A DNA stretch of 64,000 bases. It comes from Toensbergia leucococca (Eukaryota). Made by a program: the position numbers and the translations under genes. Shown piece after piece: positions 46,231 to 57,642 of the stretch. The notes beneath the pieces were generated by a model, which saw nothing but the letters and a program-made list of their open reading frames with translations, made no database searches and had not been told where the DNA came from. Position 1 is the stretch's first letter, and each line of letters begins with the position of its first letter. The stretch is from the NCBI GenBank assembly GCA_022813965.1, contig JALDZS010000027.1:62001-126000 (forward strand), read 5' to 3'.

Positions 46231-48300
46231 TCAACTCCGACAAAACCTCCCACCTTCCAGCGTCCAATCCCGATCGCCCACACAGGGCGCGCACGAGAAC
46301 ACACCATCCGGATCATACCTTCGCTGGATACACAGCAGGCGCGCATGATTGTCGCCCCAGAAAGCGTGCGGGAGGTCCGGCTCATTGTCGTTTGCTTCGT
46401 TGAGATGACACCCCGCGTTCAGCGCTAGCTTCCGAAGCGCCTCGACGTATGTAATCGTCAGCAGGGTTATCTCATAACTTCATAATGAGGATTTTGGAGG
46501 ATTACTGAATTATCCTACCCAGTAGTAATAGTAAATGAGTCAACCTTCCATTCAAAAGCATGCAGGACATCGAGGCCTGCTGACCTGGAATTAGCAATTG
46601 AACTCGGGAGTACTACCTATCCGTACCACATCCCTACCTCGCTTCCTCACTAGGTACTGTACAATCATATAACCCACTATCCTACATATGTACATAAGAT
46701 TGGATGATTCTTCAACAACTCAGTGAAACAAAGCTTTCATCTCTTGTGATATTCAATCCTCATATTTATAGCTAGCTTCCTGTGCTTTGTGGTCTTTCTG
46801 TATACGATACTAAGGGCGTTTTCATATCATTTTCAATAGATCTTTTCACGATCCTCCTTCCTTTTTGCCTCTAAATCTAGTCATTCAGTGATCATAGTCC
46901 TAGCTTCTCATGCAGATAATACCCTCCCTTCTGTAATACTGTTTGAGCTTCTTTTTTGCGATTCTTCCGGGCCCGTTCCGCCGTCACCGTCCTATCTAAT
47001 TGCTCCTCAAATAACTTTCACTCAATTGAAGTCATCAATTCATGATTTTCAGAACAGCTAGAATAGACCCTCTGAGTAGAATTCATCACTATCATCATAT
47101 CCTCCTTTAGAATCCCTATCTGAAAGTCTGTCTCATCAAAATTCAGCAATCTAATGCACTTATCTCATTTTCATCAATCACCTTTTCAAATTTTGTAAAA
47201 TGATCAGTCAAAAGGTCTAGATCCTCAGTGTTCATTCACTCAGTGACTAAAGACTTTCTTCTAACTCTGAAGAGATTCAGCTGATATTCTAGGTAGTGTT
47301 TGACTCAATGTCTCCTGATAGAAGAGGGGAGAAAGGAAGAGGTGAAGCCCTGACATCAGATCTTGTTTGTGACATGTTCTATTATCTAATAGTGAGCCTG
47401 TATGCCTAATTGATCACATCTTAGTAGATAGTCATGTAAGGCTGCTTCCTCATCAGATTTTAGTAGCTGTTGATGAATTCCTTGTATGTCTGTCTTGAGT
47501 GAATGATCATTCAGTCTGAATCAAAGTCATTGTAGGGGTACGTGAAATTCTAGGGTGATTTTGATCTGAGATGTGTTTTTTCTCATGTTGAAGGCGTCAT
47601 TAGCATCATTGATTCATTCCTTTACTTCAGAATAAGACTCAGGCATGATGGTTGATGATGTATGAATGATGGAAGTTAAAGTAATGGAAAATTGAATGAT
47701 CGGGTTATATGATTGATCAGGTTATATGATTGTACAGTACCTAGTGAGGAAGCGAGGTAGGGATGTGGTACGGATAAGTACTCCGTATGGTGGATGCTCA
47801 CCATGTTGGGAAATTGCACTTCTTTAGCCCCTATGCTTAGCGAGCTCCCTATAAGTAGCAGTTCTCCTCCTTAGCTACAGAATCAACCGTCATCAACATA
47901 CCTTCATGACAACACATCATGGCCAGAATATTGTGTTTTTTTAGCCCAGAGAAGTCAGTCTATTGTGTTGATGGCCTTTACGGCGTGGGCTGATGGCATA
48001 TTCTAGTATAACTTCAAGGAATTCATAATGTACTCTCAGGTTGCTTGTGACTATTTTGAATTCTTATAATTGAGTATTCCCAGGTTGTACAGCTCTGAGA
48101 GACTGAATAAGAAAGAATGGGGATATCCATTGAAGATATTAGTATGAAGAGTAATGCATTCGAGGCTGCAACTGTCTTTTGGACATCGGCATCAACAGAA
48201 CCAGCTAGAGAATAGAATTTCGCTATCTTGTGGTATGACCTCAAATCTGCGAGTGCAAAGATTGAACTTTTTCATGAAAATGTTTAAGATTGAAATGAAA
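46231..48300 (-). pseudogene. Berberine-bridge-enzyme-like FAD-linked oxidoreductase relic, interrupted by a transposon
   Basis: C-terminal BBE domain YVEALRKLALNAGCHLNEA...AFWGDNHARLLCIQRRYDPDGVFSCAPCVG...GRFCRS* (46231-46455). Faint N-terminal remnant NMPSAHAVKA...WAKKHNI near 47930-48005. The upstream boundary is approximate. Confidence 0.7.
46620..47774 (-). mobile_element. Non-autonomous pogo/Fot1 (Tc1-mariner superfamily) DNA transposon, internally deleted and hypermutated
   Basis: Perfect 57-bp inverted repeat 46618-46674 / 47720-47776 including the flanking TA duplication. Decayed transposase from ATG 47646 (MPESYSEVKE*I...EFHVPLQ*L*..., NFDETDFQIG at 47143-47114) jumps to a C-terminal LQKGG motif. 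Confidence 0.92.
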
Positions 48301-48737
48301 CCCCTAATTGAGACGCAGAGATACAGTTTGAAAGGGCCGAAGAGAGAATGGGCAAAATGGGAGACACGACGGGAAAGGATAAGGAATATGCGTCAAGAGG
48401 AGGATGGAATGAAGGATCGAGAGAAGATGGAGGTGAAGGTCGCGGAAGGATTACATCTAGGTATGACAAAGTCGCGAGACGTTCTTATAGAAAAAATAGA
48501 AAATCTAGCTACTATCCACTCAACTTCAGTCGGGTTTCATGATTCGTGATTGCACCCGACGGCAGTAATGGTGATGATAGCGAGGTGGCCAGTGGCCTTT
48601 TCAGGAAAAGTTGAGCTCCTGTCGTATCATTGTTATTAGTAGACCACTAGACGTGAGTATCAGATAGGTTGGGGTGGAGAAATAGAAAGGGGCACAAGGG
48701 GAAAGTTACTGCCGTCGTTGGGCCCGTAGAATACCCC

Positions 48738-48751
48738 GTATTCTAGAATAC
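48738..48751. promoter_or_regulatory. Perfect palindrome GTATTCTAGAATAC with heat-shock-element core (TTCnnGAA) upstream of ERO1
   Basis: 14-bp palindrome ~370 bp upstream of the ERO1 ATG; function is inferred only. Confidence 0.3.
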
Positions 48752-49120
48752 CCGTACGGAATCTACATCTACCGTTCTCCGGTTTACCCTGACCGTTTAC
48801 AGGCCAGATGTCAACTTTTGCACCGAGTACCAGCAGCGCGAGTTTTCGTGTACATATCTTGTTGCATATACAATTAATAATCCGTCTTGAACACGTCTTG
48901 TATCTCACTCCATTTATCCATTTTCTTTCTTTGTTAGAAGTCTGCAGTTAAACTTCCGCAAAAAGCACTCTTCTCATTTCCGAGAGCTTGACATAATTAA
49001 TTCCTCTCGTCCTATTTTCCCTACTTGAAATGTCAGGCAAGATCCTACAGTTGTGGCACCGATAACTTTGACCGTTGTACAAGGCTACCACTTTTGCCTA
49101 CTTCCAACGCTCTCGCAACC

Positions 49121-50938
49121 ATGCCTTCTGCCGCGAGATACTTTTACCTAGCAGTTTTTGCCCTCCTTGGACCATCTCACGCCAGCAGTAACGCAGCAAC
49201 GAGGACGGACAACCTCTCTCCAGATTTTTGTGCAGTGAGGGCCTCATGATGCTTCCAAGTGGATGATCTTGTTGTATTGACAAACACCCAGATCGACTCC
49301 AAGGCTATCGTCTCTGACGCCTGTGCCTCGTACTCCACCCTTGACAGACTCAATCATGATATCAAATCCTCTCTCGAAGCAATCACTCAAAGGACCGACT
49401 TCTTTGCCTACTACCGACTCAACCTCTTCCATCAAGTATGCCCATTTTGGAACGACGCCAACAGCATGTGTGGCAATATAGCCTGTGCAGTCAATACCTT
49501 GGACAATGAAGAAGACATACCTTTGATATGGAGGGCACAAGAGCTTAGTAAGCTGGAAGGACCTAAAGCTGCACATCCAGGCCGAAAGCTGCAGCAGGAG
49601 AGAGGCGTTCAAAGGCCATTACAAGGGACCTTGGGAGAAGACGTGGGTGAAAGCTGTGTTGTTGAATACGATGATGAGTGTGATGATAGAGATTACTGTG
49701 TACCGGAAGACGAAAGTGCTAGTGCCAAAGGAGATTATGTCAGTCTTGTGGACAACCCGGAGCGATTTACCGGCTACGCTGGAGAAGGCGCTCACATGGT
49801 CTGGGACAATATATACCGTGAGAATTGTTTCCCAAGCGAAGACTCAGACGCCTTGCTGCTAGGCGCTCCACAGACCCTTGGCAAATACCAAGCGGCCAAT
49901 GATCTCCGCAGCGTAATTCAAGCCAGGTCACCTCTGTCCTCATCCCCGCCTGTGGACGACACGTGCCTCGAAAAGCGCGTATTCCACCGCCTTATAAGCG
50001 GCATGCACGCCTCCATCTCCACCCACATATGCCACGACTACCTCAATCAGACAACCGGAACTTGGGGCCCCAACTTCGATTGCTACCAGTTCCGCCTCGC
50101 CGCCCATCCCGAGCGCATTTCAAATCTCTACTTCAATTATGCCCTCCTCCTCCGCGCTGTTACAAAACTCCGAACCTATCTCAAATCTTACACCTTCTGC
50201 TCCGGCGACCCAGCTCAAGATGCTTCTACCAAGCAAAAGATGCTCGCCCTCATCTCCACCGCCTCGACAAGCCCGCCGATCTTCGATGAGTCAGCTATGT
50301 TTGCTGATGATGCCTCGGGCGGCCTTAGAGAAGATTTCCGCAACCGTTTCCGTAATGTGAGCCGGATGATGGATTGCGTCGGTTGTGACAAATGCCGCCT
50401 CTGGGGCAAATTGCAGACTGTGGGCTACGGCACAGCTTTGAAAGTGCTATTCGAGTACGACGAAACCAAAAATGGAGAGAACCCCGTACTACGGCGAACG
50501 GAACTCGTGGCGCTAGTCAACACGCTAGCAAGAGTATCGCACAGTCTGGCCGCGCTGGGCAGTTTCCGAGACATGGAGACGACTCTCACCCAAGACACCC
50601 CAGCAGTTCCTGTCCCACCCCAAACCCTCGATCCGCACCATCCCGCCGCCCTCACAGAAATCCCAGATATGGACGACGAAGACGACGACGGCGACAGCGA
50701 CATCCCCTGGGACACTCCTCCCGATGAGACCGTCCTTGCTTCCATCCGCATCGAGCTCACCCTCGTCTACCGCACCTTTCTCCTAGTCCTAAAATCCTGG
50801 ATCGAGCTGCCCGGAAAAATATTCGCTATTTTCATCACCGAGGCGGATCGGCTGTGGAGTTTTTGGCTAGGGTTGCCGATTCGGAAGCGTGAGTGGGAGT
50901 TTCGGAGACCAGAACCTATACGGAGGGAGGAGTTGTAG
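49121..50938 (+). CDS. ERO1: ER oxidoreductin 1
   Basis: Signal peptide exon 49121-49234, intron 49235-49291; CPFW, CGNIAC, NPERFTGY, CLEKRVFHRLISGMHASISTHIC, MDCVGCDKCRLWGK (CxxCxxC). Confidence 0.97.
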
Positions 50939-52876
50939 ATCTAGTGTTTGTGTAAGGGGGGCTGTCTTGGGGGTGGTGCTTGTAGAGTTCTGGGTTTGTA
51001 GGGTTAGCGATGCATTGGGTTGGTGTTTTCTTTTTTCATTCTTTTTTTAGAGGAAGGGGGGTTTAGAGTTTGAGGGGGAAAGGGGTGATGCATAGATGTC
51101 CTGCCTGGCCTGCTTTAATTGGGTACATTGCTGGGTTCGCGGTTTGGAGAAAGGACGGGGATTTTTTTTTCGCTGTAGATTTGTATTAATTAGATATCCA
51201 TCCGTTATAGAATAAAGACTTTGTAAAAATTAATGGATTGAGGATTACCTAAAATGGGGTTTGTAGATAGGGATGTATTGGTTTTGTTATTAGATGGGGG
51301 GGGGTTTTTTTTGGGTACGTGCAAATTGGTTTGAGAGAAAGGGGCGGTTTTGGGGATTGTGAAGGTCGGGCTTGGGGTTTTTGTTTCAAGTCTGATTTTG
51401 GCGAGATTGGTTTTGCTGGAGAACGGGGAGGGGGGGTTGGGTTGTTTTTTTTTTTGTGATTGATTTGGTTGATTTGGTTGGTTGTGTGAAGGAAGGGTGA
51501 GTGAAGGAAGAGTGAGTGAATGAATGAGTGAGGGGTGGGTGATAATCAAGTACCGAGATGTTCAATTCAGAGGTAAGGTTCTTTTTTTCTGGCGAGGCGG
51601 TAGGTATGGAATCAACGATTTCTTTTTTTTTTTTTTTTTTTTTTGGATCTCGTTTTTTGGCCCCGTTTTGAGGGGAGGGGTGAGTTTGGGTTGCATATGT
51701 TGGTGTTTTTTCCTTTGTTGCAAAAGCATTGCATTCTAGGTGCAGTCTACGGATACAAAACTACGTTTTCTTGTATGAATTCTGTTTTTTTTCTCTCATG
51801 TGTTAGAAGTGCTTGAATGGTGACTGAGTAAGTATGTCAGACTTTTGAATCTTACTTGACTTGAATTTTACTTTTTTGAGTGATTTGAGGGGTTTGAAGC
51901 TGGGATTTTTTTGGGGGGGGGTTTTTATGTTTGTAAGGGTTGTGAGGTTTTTTTTGGGGGGGGGGTTTGTGGTGACTGTGTGGTGAGGGGCGTGTGCATT
52001 TGTGTTTTTTTGTGAGGGGAGGAGAAGGGGAATTAGAGATGTGACTCCTTTTTGAGGAGGGGGGAAAGAAGGGGTTAGAGAGAGCCTGAGTGGTGAGGAT
52101 GGGAATAAGAATGATGATGATGTGTGAGATTTTCCTTGGTGAGAGAGAGAGAATAATCTGTGAGGTCAAGATGCGTGTCTTTTCAAAAGAGCAGGTGTGG
52201 GGGATGAGAGGGGTGTGAAGAGATGAAGATGTCAATGTAGATATCATATTCCGAAGAGAAACCACTAGCCAAAACTGGTGAATTTCTCAAAGTGAATTCT
52301 CTCAAGTCCCAAGACCTTTTGGTCCGAGGAACACGGTATATAAAAACCCCCCCGCCCCGCTGGGCACTTTATATAAGATCCTACTGCCTTATAAGACAGG
52401 GGGGCCTATAGACCATGAAAACGAGCTATATAAGAACTCGAATTCTTACATGTGCTGATTAGACGGCCGTACTCCAGAGGCCCTAGAGTCAAGCATCAAA
52501 GGCACTTTCACATCAAGAGCCAAACACATTTCCTCACAAGAAAAATCTTTGATTTCTGGACCATCACTAAATCTTCCTTCGCTATCGTGCAAAAAAAAAA
52601 GTCCGCCAAATCACCAAACCACAAATCCGCCTCAGCTGGGTGGGCTCACCAAAGAAAAAAAGGGGGGGGGGGAAATAAAGAAAAGAAAAGAAAAATCAGT
52701 CGATCTATTTAAGGTATCATCACCACCAAAGTCACCGAAAATAAAAGATCCGTCCACATCAACACCAGATGTCACACGCCCCCTAAAGTAAATCTACCGC
52801 CAAAGGATCGCCGCTGCCAAAGCCGGGGGCATAGAGCTAGGTAGCCAAAGCAGGTTGGTCCCGAGCCCTAGTACGC

Positions 52877-54757
52877 CTACTCAGGTTCGCCCTCGTCGGT
52901 ATCCATGTGCAAATCGGTGGCTCCGAAATCCCAATATGCCATTCCAGCCTGGTCGTCGTCTTCCGTGTCGGTTACCTTGAAGTCCCAGCGCGCCATCCCG
53001 ACTTTGCCCTCGTTTCTATCTGGCTCAAAATACTCGTGGAACTGCCCAGCTTTCCCGTCTTCCATCGCGGCGGCCGCGGAGGCGGAGGTACCTACACTTG
53101 CGAGTTGCTCGGCCATTTCGACGCGGGTGTACCAGAAGCCACCGAACATTGTCAATGCGATTCCTGATACGAATGTTTCTGTCAGCGCATGTGGGATCTG
53201 CAGGGTCGGTTTGTTGTAGTAGGTGATTGGTGGTGGGTGGGAAGCGGTTCAACGTACCAAAAGCATTCATGATACCCACCGTCAAACGCCAAAATACCAC
53301 AGCCAAGACCACTGCAAGAGCCTGCTTGACGTTCGCCGCGACAGTCATAGCGAGTGCCCCTACCTTTTTATTCGCCGCAAAGCTTGCTAGGTTCAACCCA
53401 AACGCCATAGCACCATTGACGATAAGTACAGTAATATCCTGGTTACCGAATTTTCCAGAGTCAAATGCGTACTGCAGGAATGCGTCTGTTTCCCCATTAA
53501 AGTATGCCATCGAGAGACTCTGTAATAAAGCAAGTGGACACATGCGGTAAAGAATTTCCATCGCGCTAAGGTGCAAGCCGGTCGTTTGAATGCGATTCGT
53601 AGCGACAGTTTTGATAGCGGCAAGAACGGCGCCGAGGAGGGTAATCAAGAAGCCGAAGAGTGTGGCCTGATAATCGCCGTAGGTTGCAAATCCAACGCCT
53701 GCAATGACCGGAACCAGGGTATAATAAGTCGCACTGCCATAGGTGCTCGAAAAGAAGATGGCATAGATTGCAACGATGAAGACCGGAGTTGTAGCGCGGA
53801 CGGCTTGATGGAATGGAATGGTCACAAGAGAACTGCCAGGAGTTAGGGCTAGGAGTGTGCGGAATAGGAGGTGGAAAGAAGCTTACAGTGACATGTTTGA
53901 GATGGCAATGTTAGCCGTGTACAGAATGGAGAAGAAACTCAGCATCAACACATCTTTGGATGTAAGGCGGCTCAGAGTGAAGTCACCATGGACTAGAAGC
54001 ACATGGGTACCGATGCAGCCAAATGCAGCGTGGAGAGCCGTTAAGAGGAACGGATATGGGAACTATTATTCAAGTACGTTAGTCAAAGTCCGAATATTGC
54101 TTGCTCTGAAATATCAATGACAAAAGGAAGTGAGGATTCAATCCGTTGATGGTGGGGCGCCTTTCGTTCACTGTGAGCTTGCTAGCGCATGTAATAATAA
54201 CCTCATAGTATCCTCACAACGCCTGCGATCAACGAAGTTCAGCCGGACGCCACTCATCAAGCTGACACCTTGAAGCTAATCGCGTTCGCAAATTGATTTG
54301 TGTACATGTAGAGCACTTGCGTACGTTGTTTGAGCGCTTGGAGTGCATTGCATGACCCTGAATCACTAATAGAAAAAAAAACAGTGCAGCTTTTCAGAAG
54401 CGACGACGACGACAGCCCCCTTTGAAGAAACACACGGCACAAACATACCTGAGACATTAGGGCCTTGTTGTAAAGCGTCAACCCAAGGTTGAACGCAAAG
54501 TAGATGGCCAAATACTTGAACTTTGTCAGGTTTGATACAGTCACACTTCCATCGACGACATTGACAGGAAGAATTGGCTCTTGTCGTTGAATCATGGAGC
54601 GGAGCTTCTCCATTGTGGTGTGTGCATCCTCCTCAGAGTGCGGTTGATGGTGTGCATTAACAGGAGAACAGGCGCGAGTTGGATAGGGTGTCGGAGTAGG
54701 GGACTGATCGAGATGCTGTGTTTGAGATAACATGAGGTGGTGATTTAGAGACGCCAT
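52877..54757 (-). CDS. Triose-phosphate / nucleotide-sugar transporter family (TPT/DUF250) protein
   Basis: YLAIYFAFNLGLTLYNK, FPYPFLLTALHA, YTANIAISNMSL, VTIPFHQAVRATTP, NKKVGALAMTVAANVKQ; long intron 54448-54063 plus two short ones. Confidence 0.9.
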
Positions 54758-55848
54758 TGAAGCTTGTTCCGGTAGCCTAAGGATGTATTTAGATCAGCAA
54801 TATAGGTGTCAGGTTGTTGAGTGATGACTGCGTGAGTGGAAATGTGTAGTTGTGACGGCGATTTGCAGAATGGCGGTTGTGATCAGGGTTAAAGGCAGAA
54901 AACAAGGGTTTGAATAGCGTGACACGGCTATGGACGGATGTCGGAACTTACAAAGTGTTATAGTGACCAAATTGATTGAAAGCAAGGCAAGTAGTTGAAG
55001 TAGCGGAAATAATGGTGGAGCTGAGCAGGCTAAAGAAATGGGGTGTTCAGGCTTGGGTTGGATTGAGTTGGGGCAATGGGGACGATGAATTATCTGCTGC
55101 CGAAAACCTCCACCATGATAATTTTCACACAAAGAAATTTAAAAAACGGTGCAACCTGAGCCAAGGTCAAGAGAATGCACATACTCTCCCATGACTTTGG
55201 CTCTAGAGTCCCGCTTCTCTCTTGATCGAACTTCTTCCAATGCTATTTTTCTGCCTTCTAAAGTATTTTCTGCAAACACAACCATCCATCCTACATAGAA
55301 GCCTTCCACTACAATCAAACAAGATGCCACTTCTCTTCCTACTCAATCTGGCCCGCGAGAGATGGGCTCTGGATCATTGAGTATTTAACGGACTCGAGTA
55401 GCTATGGCCTAGGATCGCTATCGGTGATCCAGTTCCCTTTCGATGATCAGAAGGCATCGAATAGCAGTAGAGTGAGGTGCGACAGTGGATATCCCAAGAT
55501 TCTACTCATCGTAGAAGCAGTAGGCTTGTACTGCGCCTTGATTTCATAAACGTATCTACAAAAGTCAGCAGAAGAAAGTCGTTGTATAAGAGCCGCTGAA
55601 AGATCATCTAACAGAAATTTGAAGACCACTCGAGTCGCCAACGTTCGAGTGTGTTTCATATCCATACGCCGTACAGAAGACAGCCAGTAGAGCAAGAAAC
55701 TGCAATTAATGGATGCTGTTCAACAATATTGAATCATGATGACTCGGATTCACCCTCAGCAACTACAACACCAGTGCTATGCTTAGAATATCCACACGCT
55801 ACCAACCGAAAGACACTGACCGAAATCCTTGACGCTAAAGAGGCAAAA

Positions 55849-57322
55849 TCAAATACCGCCCTTTGGGCTTTGCTTCCTTGGTTGTAGTCTCCGAAGACCA
55901 ATTCCTATGGATACCCATCTGGCTTCTTTTGGATGATATGCACCACGTACGTCTAGTACACACACTCCCTTTGGTCCCTGAACCTCCACCATGCCAGAGA
56001 CAATGAACGTTCCTCGGGGTGCTGGGCCCGATGCTGGCTTCCAAGTCTGTTTGAGCATACGCTTGAAAGCTCCCAAGGCAACGCTCATGTCCTCGCCAGG
56101 TTGAGGCACCGGTGGCAGTGGTGGCAGGACCCTTGCAGACTCTGTCGTTGCTGGCTTTGATGGATTTATGGAAGTGTCCGTGTCCGTGTCCGAGGATTTG
56201 GATTCGGGTGGCTTATCGACTCCAGGACCAGGGTGAGATTGCTGCTTGTCACTCGTCTTGGCCAAGCCCTGAAAGTTGATATAGCCCTGAGGTGTTTTTG
56301 GATTCGGATTATCGGAGCTTGACTTGATATTGAGGGAGTCCTTCAACTTCGCCACTTGTAAAGACCACAACGCTATGAAGCTTGCCAAAAAAGAGAAGGC
56401 CACTGCCTTGGGCCACAGGATGTTCTGAAGACGACCCATCTGCACCGGAGACACTGGTCTGGTGGTCCACGCGATTTCATAATCGGTGATTTCAATGCTG
56501 TATATATGTTAGCTGGCATACATCCTCAACAGTGTACACATCGTCATACCCTCCCCGTTCATACTCTTGAGGTGGACCATCTGGAAAATCGACGTCGAGC
56601 CAGTACTTTTGAGTCGTAATCGGAGACCCAAGGGATTTTACAAATCCTTTCATAGTCGCCAGGTGAGCTCCGACTAAACCAGCGAGTTCATCTGCGATTC
56701 CGTCAGCCAAATTAAATTCGGACACTACAAAAACACCTACTCCTAATGTACATGCTCCGCTGCCTGTCACGAGAAAAATCTATGAAACTCTGCCACTCAG
56801 GATCACTCCCTTTGTAAAATGTTTGAGGGCATAAGCGTGGCCATCCAAGGGGTATGAAAAAAGAATCCTCGGCACTCGTGGTGGAGGCTACAAGCGTATC
56901 TGCTGCGTCACCCGCTTCTTCATCATCATCTTCGTCTTCCTCTTCGCCTTTATTATCGCCTTCTTTTACCTTGAATCTTCCCTTTTCAGCCTTGTTGCTT
57001 ATTTCACTCAAACTCTCTCCGGTCACTTCTTCTCCCTCCTCGTCCTCGTCCTCGTCATCGATGGGCCTGATCACATAGTACCAAAAACAGGTCGATGAGC
57101 CTACGTAGAGTAGCGCCGTGGTCAAGCGTCTTGCACAAGTCCCATATCAGTACCAGGATCCACCGCACAAAGTTCAAAAGGGGATCGATACCTTTGGGTG
57201 AGTACAGGGCGGACGAAGCGCACACGCTGTATAGTGATGGGGCCGTCATGAGCTAGGAGAGAAGTGCTCGATCGGAAGAAGGGGCGAGTGAAAGCTGAAA
57301 AGCTCCGTAGATTCCTGAACAT
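55849..57322 (-). CDS. Conserved hypothetical fungal protein, probably mitochondrial
   Basis: R/S/F-rich presequence-like N-terminus, acidic tract, FIPLGWPR, YKGSDPEWQSF, YWLDVDFP.GPP.EYER, PRGTFIVSGMVEV; multi-exon. Confidence 0.78.
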
Positions 57323-57642
57323 GGGTGGGCGAGGCCCGGCTCAAAGATTGTAAGAGTATTGCGCAATTGTAATTATTCGTTGAGGCGGTGATCTTCGAAA
57401 ATGACTTTGAGGCACATGCGGCATAGAGGATCACATTATCTCCAGTGATGTTGCAGAGTGTTGCACAGGCCTTGTGGCGCGAAAAGTTGCCATCTGCAGC
57501 CTTTGATATGTCATTGCGTGAATGGCTTGTTCACTCCACCGTAGAATATTAGTACCCTAAGGTAACCTCATCGACCTGATAAGGTAATTCTTAAGCTTGC
57601 TTGTCTTTGACAACAGAATTCATTTTGGTATTGTACATCACC

